Shown here in pieces: positions 1-7,702 of a DNA stretch of 64,000 bases; position 1 is the first letter of the stretch; the number at the start of each line of letters is the position of its first letter. A model generated the notes under the pieces. That model saw only the letters and a program-made list of their open reading frames with translations. It did no database searches and was not told the DNA's origin. This DNA comes from Acidobacteriota bacterium (GTDB lineage Bacteria > Acidobacteriota > UBA4820 > DSQY01): the NCBI GenBank assembly GCA_021778515.1, contig JAJYCJ010000001.1:4396-68395 (forward strand), in the 5' to 3' direction. Both the position numbers and the translations under genes were made by a program.

Positions 1-567
1 ATGCAGGCCTTCGACCGGCGCACCCTCTTCCGCATCCTCCTCGAGGTCCGTTCGAGGGGCGAAATGGAGCAGGCCAAACGCGAGGTGGTGCGGCTCCTCG
101 CCGAGCGCCACCACACACAGGACGTGACGGTCATCACCCAGGACGCAGTCCTCTCGGCCTTCTCGGCCATCCTGAACGCGCTCACCCTGGCGCTGGCCGG
201 CATCGCGGCCATCTCCCTGGCCGTGGCGGGGGTGGGGATCATGAACGTCATGCTCGTCTCGGTCTCCGAGCGGAGGGCCGAGGTGGGGCTCCTGAAGGCG
301 CTGGGGGCCACGGACGGGCAGGTCCTCGCGGCCTTCCTGGCGGAGGCATCGCTTCTGACGGGCGCCGGGGGTTTGGCGGGTCTGGGGGCCGGGCTCGCCG
401 CGGTGAAGATTCTGACGGCCGTCTACCCGGCCTTTCCCGCCTCACCGCCGGCCTGGGCCGTCGGCGCCTCCCTGGCCGTCTCCGTCCTGGTGGGGCTGAC
501 CTTCGGCCTCTGGCCCGCCTACCGAGCCACCCGCCTGGACCCCGTGAACGCCCTGATGCGGAGGTAG
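1..567 (+). CDS. ABC transporter permease, FtsX family (C-terminal part; 5' end outside window)
   Basis: ORF runs from the window edge; four-TM FtsX C-terminal domain (GIMNVMLVSVSERRAEVGLLKALGA...LWPAYRATRLDP); stop at 565-567. Confidence 0.8.
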   Translation: MQAFDRRTLFRILLEVRSRGEMEQAKREVVRLLAERHHTQDVTVITQDAVLSAFSAILNALTLALAGIAAISLAVAGVGIMNVMLVSVSERRAEVGLLKALGATDGQVLAAFLAEASLLTGAGGLAGLGAGLAAVKILTAVYPAFPASPPAWAVGASLAVSVLVGLTFGLWPAYRATRLDPVNALMRR

Positions 568-568
568 C

Positions 569-1771
569 GTGCGGTTCCTCGACCTGGCCAGGTTCGTCGC
601 GGGCGCCCTCACCGGCCACCGGCTCCGGTCGGCCCTATCCGCCCTGGGGGTGGCCATCGGAGTCGCCGCCGTGGTCCTGCTGACCTCGCTGGGTGAGGGG
701 ACGCGGCAGTACATCGTCTCGCAGTTCTCCCAGTTCGGGACCTCGCTCATCGGCATCTCTCCGGGGAAGGTCAAGACCTTCGGCGTCCCGGGGGTCTTCG
801 GCGGCACGACCCACCAGCTCACGCTCTACGACGCCGACTCCCTCGAACACCTGCCCGGCATCCAGAAGGTGGTCCCGGTGGTCTTCGGCCAGGCCCGCGT
901 GGAGGCAGGGGGCCTGGGCCGGGACGTCTACATCTACGGGGTGACGCACGACGCCAGCGCCGCATGGAAGTTCCCCGTGGCCGAGGGGAGCTTCCTCCCC
1001 GAGATGGATCCAGACCGGCGGGCCTCCCTCTGCGTGCTGGGCCCCAAACTTGCCCGCGAGATCTTCCAGGGGACTTCGCCCCTGGGAAAGAGGGTCCGCA
1101 TCGGCGGAGCGGGATTTCTCGTGGTCGGCGTGATGGAGCCGAAGGGGCAGTTCGTGGGCTTCGACCTGGACGACTCGGCCTACATCCCCGTGGCCTCCGC
1201 CATGGACCTCTTCAACCTCACGGAGCTCAACGAAATAGACGTTCTCGCGGCCTCCACCGGGGCCATCCCCGGGGTGGTGGAGGAGGTCCGCTCCGTGCTC
1301 ACGGCGCGCCACCGCGGGAACGACGACTTCACCATCACCACCCAGACGGAGATGCTGGACGTCTTCGGCCGCGTCATGGACATCATCACCGCCGCCGTCT
1401 CGGCCATCGCCGGGATCTCCTTGCTCGTGGGGGCCATCGGCATCCTCACCATCATGTGGATTTCGGTGAACGAGCGCACCGCCGAGATCGGGCTCCTGAG
1501 GGCCCTCGGGCTGACGCGCCAGGGCGTGGAGAGGCTCTTCCTGCTGGAGTCGGCCCTCCTGGCGGGCGCGGGCGGGCTGCTGGGGCTCCTTTGCGGCCTC
1601 GGCCTCGGAGCGATCCTGACCGCCGCGTTGCCCGGCCTCCCCTTCAAGACCTCCGCGGGGGCCGCCGTCGCGGCGGTGGCCATGAGCCTCCTCGTCGGCC
1701 TGGCCAGCGGGTGGTTCCCCGCCAGGCGGGCCTCCGGCCTTGATCCCGTGGAGGCCCTGAGGGCGGAGTGA
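569..1771 (+). CDS. ABC transporter permease, FtsX/MacB family
   Basis: 400 aa; N-terminal TM, MacB-like periplasmic domain, C-terminal FtsX 4-TM domain (ISVNERTAEIGLLRALG); GTG start 2 nt after the upstream stop. Confidence 0.85.
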   Translation: MRFLDLARFVAGALTGHRLRSALSALGVAIGVAAVVLLTSLGEGTRQYIVSQFSQFGTSLIGISPGKVKTFGVPGVFGGTTHQLTLYDADSLEHLPGIQKVVPVVFGQARVEAGGLGRDVYIYGVTHDASAAWKFPVAEGSFLPEMDPDRRASLCVLGPKLAREIFQGTSPLGKRVRIGGAGFLVVGVMEPKGQFVGFDLDDSAYIPVASAMDLFNLTELNEIDVLAASTGAIPGVVEEVRSVLTARHRGNDDFTITTQTEMLDVFGRVMDIITAAVSAIAGISLLVGAIGILTIMWISVNERTAEIGLLRALGLTRQGVERLFLLESALLAGAGGLLGLLCGLGLGAILTAALPGLPFKTSAGAAVAAVAMSLLVGLASGWFPARRASGLDPVEALRAE

Positions 1772-1930
1772 GGGCGGCGGCCCGCGCGGCGACCGCCCTC
1801 CGGCGCCGGGCCCGCGTCCCATCCGGCAACCTTCGCGGCGGACGCTGCGTAGACCCATCCCGGGAAGCGGTTCCAGAGGGGAGCCGGGTTCCCCGATCCG
1901 TCCCTAACCGATTCGGATGCGAGGTGATCC

Positions 1931-3952
1931 ATGCGAAGAGCCTCAATCGCCCTGGCCCTGCTGGCGGTGTGCGTCCTGGCCCTGGGCCAGGCGCCCCCGA
2001 AGCATCCCGTCACGCCCGAGGACATCGTGAAGATGACGCAGTACCGCGGCGGGACCATCTCCCCCGATGGAGCGCGGTTTCTCTACATCACGGCCCGCAC
2101 GGACTACCCCGCCTCCGACAAGACGGTGAGTCACATCTACCTCGTCCCCACCGCCGGTGGCGCCTCGCGGCAGATGACCGCCAGCGAGGCGGGCGAGTCC
2201 TCGCCGGCCTGGGCGCCCGACAGCCGGTCCTTCGCCTTCGTCTCCCGGCGCAATGGCTCCCCGCAGATCTTCCTCATGCCCGTGGACGGTGGTGAGGGGA
2301 TCCAGGTGGGCAAGCTCAAGGTGGCCCCCGCCTCGCCCTTGCGCTTCTCGCCCGACGGCAAAAAGATCGCCTTCCTGGCCGTTCCAGAGCCCACGGCGGA
2401 GCAGAAGGACCGCGATGAGAAGACCGGCGGCGCCGAGGTCATGGAGGCCCCGCGCGACATGACCCAGCTCTTCACGCTGGGCGTGCCCGGCGGCACGCTG
2501 GCCCAGGTCACCCCCGGCAGCTACAACGTGGCCGAGTTCGACTGGGCCCCGGACGGCCGCTCTTTCGCCCTCGTCACCGCCGCGAGCCAGCTCCTCTACG
2601 ACAACATGACCGAGGCCTCCGTGCGCGTGGTCAACCTCAAGGGCGAGACCCTCGCCCGCCTTTCGCCGAAGGCGGGCCCCATCCAGGGTGCAGCGATCTT
2701 CTCCCCCGACGGCACGCGGGTGGCCTGGCGCTACGCCACCGAGGGGCTGAGCGACATGAACGGCGTGGCGGTGGCCTCGGCGGACGGCAAGAGCTTCACC
2801 AACGCCGCCGCGAAGGTGGACTACGGCTTCTTCCAGATCGCCTGGATGGCCGGCGGCAGGAGCCTCATGGCCCTCACCATGGAGGGCACGCGCTCCTGCC
2901 TGCGCCGCCTGGACCTGGCCTCGGGCGAGGCCCGCCTCGTCTACGCCCCCGCGGGCGTGATCTGGGGCTTCCAGATGGACCGCGCGCGCCGCCGCCTCGT
3001 CTTCGCCTTCACCGACCCCCGGACCCCGCGCGACCCCTGGAGCATGAACACCGACGGCACCGACCCCGTCCAGCTCGCCGACGTCAACCCTCAGGTGAAG
3101 GACTGGATCCTGCCCAGGACCGAGCGCTTCTTCTACGAGTCGGCGAAGGGCGTGAAGATCGAGGCGCTCTTCGACCCGGCGGCCATCCCTCCCAAGGCAG
3201 GCATCGCCCCACTCATGGTCATGCCCCACGGCGGCCCCGACTGGATGGACCAGGAGGGCTTCGACCCCTGGGTGGCCTACTTCGCCGGCCAGGGCTACGG
3301 CGTCCTGCGCGTGAACTTCAGGGGCAGCCTCGGCTACGGCATGGCCTTCTACGCCTCCAACCGCGGCAAGGAGGGCTTCGTGGACTACGACGACATCATG
3401 GCCGGCGTGGACACCCTCATCGCCCGCAAAATGGCCGACCCGCAGAAGCTCGTCATCGGCGGCTGGTCGTACGGCGGCTGCATGACCGAGTGGGCCATCT
3501 GCCGGACCGACCGCTTCAAGGCCGCCGTCGTGGGCGCGGGCGTGTCCGACTACATTTCCAACTACGCCCAGTCCGACGTCAACCACGGCCTGGCCGGCGA
3601 GTGGGAGTTCCTCGGCAATCCCTACGACGACCCCGAGGCCTACACGAAGGACTCGGCCGTATTCCACATCCGGTCCGTGAAGACCCCCGTCCTCATCCTC
3701 CACGGCACCGCCGACGAGCGCGTCCCCTACGCCCAGGGCCTCGAGCTCTACCGCGCGCTCAAGACCACGGGCAAGCAGGTGGAGATGGTCTCCTACCCTG
3801 GAGAGGGCCACGGCTTCCGCAAACCCGCCCACGATATCGACCGCCTCAACCGCTGGCTCGCCTTCTACAATAAGGCCCTGGGAATCGGCCCGAAGACGCC
3901 TGAGAAGCCGACCCCAGGTGGGGAGGAGGCATCCCCGCCGAACCCCAGGTAG
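1931..3952 (+). CDS. S9 family serine peptidase (prolyl oligopeptidase / acylaminoacyl-peptidase type) with N-terminal beta-propeller
   Basis: Signal peptide (MRRASIALALLAVCVLALG); repeated SPDG propeller motifs; nucleophile motif GGWSYGG and an alpha/beta-hydrolase C-terminus; RBS GAGGTGA before ATG 1931. Confidence 0.85.
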   Translation: MRRASIALALLAVCVLALGQAPPKHPVTPEDIVKMTQYRGGTISPDGARFLYITARTDYPASDKTVSHIYLVPTAGGASRQMTASEAGESSPAWAPDSRSFAFVSRRNGSPQIFLMPVDGGEGIQVGKLKVAPASPLRFSPDGKKIAFLAVPEPTAEQKDRDEKTGGAEVMEAPRDMTQLFTLGVPGGTLAQVTPGSYNVAEFDWAPDGRSFALVTAASQLLYDNMTEASVRVVNLKGETLARLSPKAGPIQGAAIFSPDGTRVAWRYATEGLSDMNGVAVASADGKSFTNAAAKVDYGFFQIAWMAGGRSLMALTMEGTRSCLRRLDLASGEARLVYAPAGVIWGFQMDRARRRLVFAFTDPRTPRDPWSMNTDGTDPVQLADVNPQVKDWILPRTERFFYESAKGVKIEALFDPAAIPPKAGIAPLMVMPHGGPDWMDQEGFDPWVAYFAGQGYGVLRVNFRGSLGYGMAFYASNRGKEGFVDYDDIMAGVDTLIARKMADPQKLVIGGWSYGGCMTEWAICRTDRFKAAVVGAGVSDYISNYAQSDVNHGLAGEWEFLGNPYDDPEAYTKDSAVFHIRSVKTPVLILHGTADERVPYAQGLELYRALKTTGKQVEMVSYPGEGHGFRKPAHDIDRLNRWLAFYNKALGIGPKTPEKPTPGGEEASPPNPR

Positions 3953-4057
3953 GGGCACGAGTTCCCCGTTGCAGATTGGAAGGTTGGAAGGTTGAAAGGA
4001 TGCGGACGCCCAAGCGTGACGCAGCTGAAGGTCCGTTGGCGGCGGCGCACCCCTGGA

Positions 4058-4134
4058 GGGCGACATTCTCGCCCCCCCGGGTGCTTTGCTCACCCCCCCG
4101 GCGGGGAGGGCCTAGAGGGGTGACATTTCTCGCC
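4058..4134 (+). promoter_or_regulatory. Duplicated 16-18-nt motif (GGGCGACATTCTCGCC / GGGGTGACATTTCTCGCC) upstream of slyD
   Basis: Two near-identical copies about 60 nt apart, each followed by a C7 tract, about 90-170 nt upstream of the slyD ATG; also a tandem ggaaggtt x3 at 3986-4008. Confidence 0.3.
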
Positions 4135-4223
4135 GGACGCGGTAAGGTTCCAACGTTGGGGTGCGGGGTCCCGGGGGTCCGGTGCCGTTGGTGCGCAAGC
4201 CCCGAGAAGGAGCGCGTCGCGCC

Positions 4224-4715
4224 ATGGCCGAACCCATGAAGATCTCCCAGAATTGCGTGGTGACCATCGACTACACCCTCACCGACGACGCCGGCGCCGT
4301 CATCGACAGCAGCTCGGACGGCGAGCCCCTCACCTACCTCCACGGCCACTCCCAGATCATCCCCGGCCTCGAAAAGGCGCTCGAGGGGAAGGTCAAGGGC
4401 GAGAAGCACAAGATGCACGTCCCGGCCGCCGAAGGTTACGGCGACCACGATCCCGAGAAGGTCTTCACCGAGCCGCGCGACCGCTTCGACTTCGAGGTGG
4501 AGCCCGGCCAGATCCTGCAGGCCCACAGCGAGGACGGCGAGACCCTCACCTTCCAGGTCGTCGAGGTCAGCGACCAGGGGGTGAAGCTCGACGGAAACCA
4601 TCCCCTGGCCGGCAAGAACCTCAACTTCGACGTGACCGTCATCGAGGTCCGCGCCGCCGCCGCCGAGGAGCTGGAGCACGGCCACGCCCACTCGGGCGAC
4701 GGCCACCACCACTGA
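4224..4715 (+). CDS. slyD: FKBP-type peptidyl-prolyl cis-trans isomerase SlyD
   Basis: MKISQNCVVTIDYTLTDD...IPGLEKALEGK..VTVIEV plus a His-rich C-terminal tail (HGHAHSGDGHHH) typical of SlyD; RBS GAAGGAG 12 nt upstream of ATG 4224. Confidence 0.85.
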   Translation: MAEPMKISQNCVVTIDYTLTDDAGAVIDSSSDGEPLTYLHGHSQIIPGLEKALEGKVKGEKHKMHVPAAEGYGDHDPEKVFTEPRDRFDFEVEPGQILQAHSEDGETLTFQVVEVSDQGVKLDGNHPLAGKNLNFDVTVIEVRAAAAEELEHGHAHSGDGHHH

Positions 4716-4726
4716 GGGAGCCCGCG

Positions 4727-5521
4727 ATGAGCGCCCCGCCTCTGCGCATCCCCTTCTACCAGGTGGACGCCTTCACGAGCCGCCTCTTCGGGGGCAACCC
4801 GGCGGGCGTCTGCCTGCTCGAGAACTGGCTCCCAGCGGAGGTCATGCAGGCCGTCGCCGCCGAGAACAACCTCTCGGAGACGGCCTTCCTCGTGAAGGAG
4901 GGCGACGGCTGGGGCCTGCGCTGGTTCACCCCCGAGGTGGAGGTGGACCTGTGCGGCCACGCCACCCTGGCGAGCGGATTCGTGCTGCTGAAGGCCCTGG
5001 GCGTGGCGGCGGGTACGGTCCGCTTCTCCACGCAGAGCGGCCCCCTCGCCGTGAACGAGGAGGGGAATCTCCTCTCCATGGACTTCCCCTCCCGGCCGGG
5101 CGAGCCCTGCCAGGCGCCCCCGAGCCTCCCGGAGGGGCTCGGCATCGCCGCCGCGGAGGTGAGGCGCTCGCGGGACTACCTGGTGGTGGTGGAGAGCGAG
5201 GAGCAGGTCCGCGCTCTGCGCCCGGACATGGGCCGACTGGCCGGTCTGGATGCCCTCGGAGTTATCGTGACGGCCCCGGGACGCACCTGCGACTTCGTCT
5301 CGCGCTTCTTCGCCCCCGGCGCGGGCGTCCCGGAGGACCCGGTCACCGGCTCGGCTCACTGCACCCTCGTCCCCTACTGGTCGCACCGCCTGGGGAAGAA
5401 GCGGCTGCACGCCCTCCAGGTCTCCGCCCGAGGCGGCGAGCTCTTCTGTGAAGACCGAGGCGACAGGGTCTCCATCGCAGGAACCGCCGCCCTCTACCTC
5501 CAGGGCCACATCCTGCTCTGA
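4727..5521 (+). CDS. PhzF family phenazine-biosynthesis-like isomerase
   Basis: MSAPPLRIPFYQVDAFT..GNPAGVC...ETAFL...LRWFTP..EVDLCGHATLAS...TGSAHC: PhzF/YddE fold signature; in-frame ATG 12 nt after the slyD stop. Confidence 0.8.
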   Translation: MSAPPLRIPFYQVDAFTSRLFGGNPAGVCLLENWLPAEVMQAVAAENNLSETAFLVKEGDGWGLRWFTPEVEVDLCGHATLASGFVLLKALGVAAGTVRFSTQSGPLAVNEEGNLLSMDFPSRPGEPCQAPPSLPEGLGIAAAEVRRSRDYLVVVESEEQVRALRPDMGRLAGLDALGVIVTAPGRTCDFVSRFFAPGAGVPEDPVTGSAHCTLVPYWSHRLGKKRLHALQVSARGGELFCEDRGDRVSIAGTAALYLQGHILL

Positions 5522-5550
5522 AGCCGAAGGGCGCCGGGGGTTGACCAATT

Positions 5551-5566
5551 GCGCTCCGCAGAGCGC
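5551..5566. terminator. Hairpin GCGCTC-cgca-GAGCGC between convergent PhzF-family and ALDH genes (possible bidirectional terminator)
   Basis: 6-bp perfect stem with 4-nt loop in a 100-nt convergent intergenic spacer; no strong U-tract. Confidence 0.3.
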
Positions 5567-5624
5567 TCCTACAGCTGTGGGACCCCGTGCCGGAAGCGAG
5601 CGGGATTGTAGGAACAGCCCCTCC

Positions 5625-7250
5625 CTACAAGATGAAGTCCGTGGAGATGAAGTTGGAGCGGTGGTCCCGCACGATATCCTCCACGATGGCCTTGTTAGGC
5701 TCCGTGGTCTTGGCCGCCACGATGGTTCGGATGGAGAAGACCCGCAGCGCGTCCGACACGGAGAGCGTCCCCTCCGCCGAATCCTTCCGGCCGCAGAACG
5801 GGAAGGTGTCCGGCCCCCTTTGGCACTGGCTGTTGATGTTCACCCGGCAGACCTGGTTCACCAGCGGGTCCACCAGCCTCCCGATGACCTCCGGGTCGCT
5901 GCCGAACAGGCTGACCTGCTGGCCGTAGTTCGAGTCGATGACGTAGCGGATGGGCCTCTCGATGTCGTCGAAGGAGGCCACCGGGATGATCGGCCCGAAC
6001 TGCTCCTCGTGATAGACGCGCATGGTCTCGTTCACCGGATAGAGCACGGCGGGATGGAAGAAGGTGCCCGCCACGGCGCCGCCTCCCGGGTTCATCACCT
6101 TGGCCCCCTTGGCTTCGGCGTCCTCCACCAGCTCGCGGAGGTAGCGCGTCTTGTCCAGCTCGGGCATGGGCGTCACCCTGACCCCCTCCTCCCAGGGCAT
6201 GCCCATCCTGAGGTCCGTCACGGCGCGGGAGAGCTTGTCCAGGAAGACGCCCGCGATCTCCGAGTGCACCCAGAGCATCTTGAGGGCCGTGCAGCGCTGG
6301 CCGTTGTAGGAGAGGGCGCCGAGCACGCACTCGGGAACGGTGAGATCCAGGTCGGCGTCCCTGAGGATGATGGCGGCGTTCTTCGCCTCCAGCCCCAGCA
6401 CGCTCCGGAGCCGGTGGGGCTTGGGATGCTGCTTCTTCAGCAGGTCCGCCGCCCTGCTGGAGCCTATGAAGGCCAGCACGTCCACCTTCCCCGTGCCCAT
6501 CAGGGGATGGACCACCTGCTGTCCACGCCCGAAGACCGTGTTCACGACGCCCCGGGGGAAGGAATCGCGGAAGGCCTCCAGCAGCGGGAAGTGCAGCAGG
6601 ACTCCCAGGCGCGGCGGCTTGAAGATCACCGCATTCCCCATGATGAGGGCCGGGATGAGCGTGGTGAAGGTCTCGTTGAGCGGGTAGTTGTGGGGTCCCA
6701 TGCAGAGCACGACGCCCAGGGGACCGCGTCGGATCTGGCCGATGATCCCCTTCTGGATCACGAAGCGGGAGGAGACCCGGTCCAGCTCCTTAAGGGCGTC
6801 CACCGTGTCGCGGATGTACTCGACCGTGCGGTCGAACTCGTTGGCGGCGTCCGCGTGGGTCTTGCCGATCTCCCACATGAGGAGCTTCACCACCTCGTCC
6901 CGCTTCTCGCGCATGCGGAAGGTGAAATCCTCCACGTACTTGATGCGCTGGCGCACGGACATGGTGGGCCAGAGGCCCCGCCCGTGGTCGTAGGCGCGCA
7001 CGGCCGCCTCCAGCGCCTCCAGCGAGGTCGGTTCGTCCATGAGCGGGTAGCGCCCCAGCAGCTTCTGGTCCAGCGCCTCGCCGTCCCGGGTGCAGACCGG
7101 CGAGAGGACGTCCCGCATCGGGCCCTCCCAGCGGCGAAGCTCGCCGTCCACCAGGTACCGGTCGCACACTACGGGGCCATCCAGGCTGAACTCCGCGGGC
7201 ACCTCGCCAGCGGCCGGAAACATCCGCCGGATTTTTTCTTCGAATTCCAT
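5625..7250 (-). CDS. Aldehyde dehydrogenase family protein, GapN-like (non-phosphorylating glyceraldehyde-3-phosphate dehydrogenase type)
   Basis: ALDH catalytic Cys motif YNGQRCTALK, Glu motif LGLEAKNA, C-terminal PFCGRKDSAEGT; start chosen at MEFEEKIRRMF with RBS AAAGGAGG 7 nt upstream (the ORF finder extends 18 aa further). Confidence 0.7.
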   Translation of the reverse strand: MEFEEKIRRMFPAAGEVPAEFSLDGPVVCDRYLVDGELRRWEGPMRDVLSPVCTRDGEALDQKLLGRYPLMDEPTSLEALEAAVRAYDHGRGLWPTMSVRQRIKYVEDFTFRMREKRDEVVKLLMWEIGKTHADAANEFDRTVEYIRDTVDALKELDRVSSRFVIQKGIIGQIRRGPLGVVLCMGPHNYPLNETFTTLIPALIMGNAVIFKPPRLGVLLHFPLLEAFRDSFPRGVVNTVFGRGQQVVHPLMGTGKVDVLAFIGSSRAADLLKKQHPKPHRLRSVLGLEAKNAAIILRDADLDLTVPECVLGALSYNGQRCTALKMLWVHSEIAGVFLDKLSRAVTDLRMGMPWEEGVRVTPMPELDKTRYLRELVEDAEAKGAKVMNPGGGAVAGTFFHPAVLYPVNETMRVYHEEQFGPIIPVASFDDIERPIRYVIDSNYGQQVSLFGSDPEVIGRLVDPLVNQVCRVNINSQCQRGPDTFPFCGRKDSAEGTLSVSDALRVFSIRTIVAAKTTEPNKAIVEDIVRDHRSNFISTDFIL

Positions 7251-7702
7251 GACCGTGGACCTCCTTTCAGGTTGTCCGTTCCCTTCCCTGTCGTCCTCCA
7301 CCATAGGTCATCGCCGCGCCCGCTTCCACACCCGGCCCCGCGCACAACCCCTCCTCTTCCTCCAAAGCCCTTCCCGCACGGCCCGCCGCGCCGCGGTTCC
7401 GATCCCACGGGAACGGGCCGGGGGGGCAGCCATCCTGTCACCAGATCGTTACAGGCTGTCTCTTGAAAGATCCAAACCAATGGGGCACCCGCTTCCCAGG
7501 AGAGCGGGGCCTGACGGAATCCAAGATCACGTTCTTCCTGTAAAGTTATGATCATTTTCCCCCACGTTCCGGACCCGTGCCGGCTTGGCAGGGCTCTTGC
7601 TGGTTGGTTGTTATTTCGTGTCGGCGGAGGTGTGCAGTGGTGCCCAGGCGGAAGGCCCAGGACTCGAAAGCCCGCGATGAAGGCGGCTTCGCCCGCCTGG
7701 CC

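Noticed and set aside
635-1858. Long antisense or alternate-frame ORFs throughout the window, for example 635..1858 (minus strand), 1943..4093 (minus strand), 5448..7466 (plus strand), 7832..10105 (minus strand), 11685..13514 (plus strand), 20873..21898 (minus strand), 48809..52300 (plus strand), 54401..55735 (plus strand)
   Set aside because: They have Arg/Gly/Pro/Ala-dominated, low-complexity translations typical of open alternate frames in roughly 70% GC DNA, and each overlaps a well-supported gene on the other strand or frame.
7169-7555. 128-aa ORF on the minus strand in the ALDH / GGDEF divergent spacer
   Set aside because: Only the first 45 residues are protein-like, the rest is G-rich and there is no RBS. 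The region is more likely promoter DNA.
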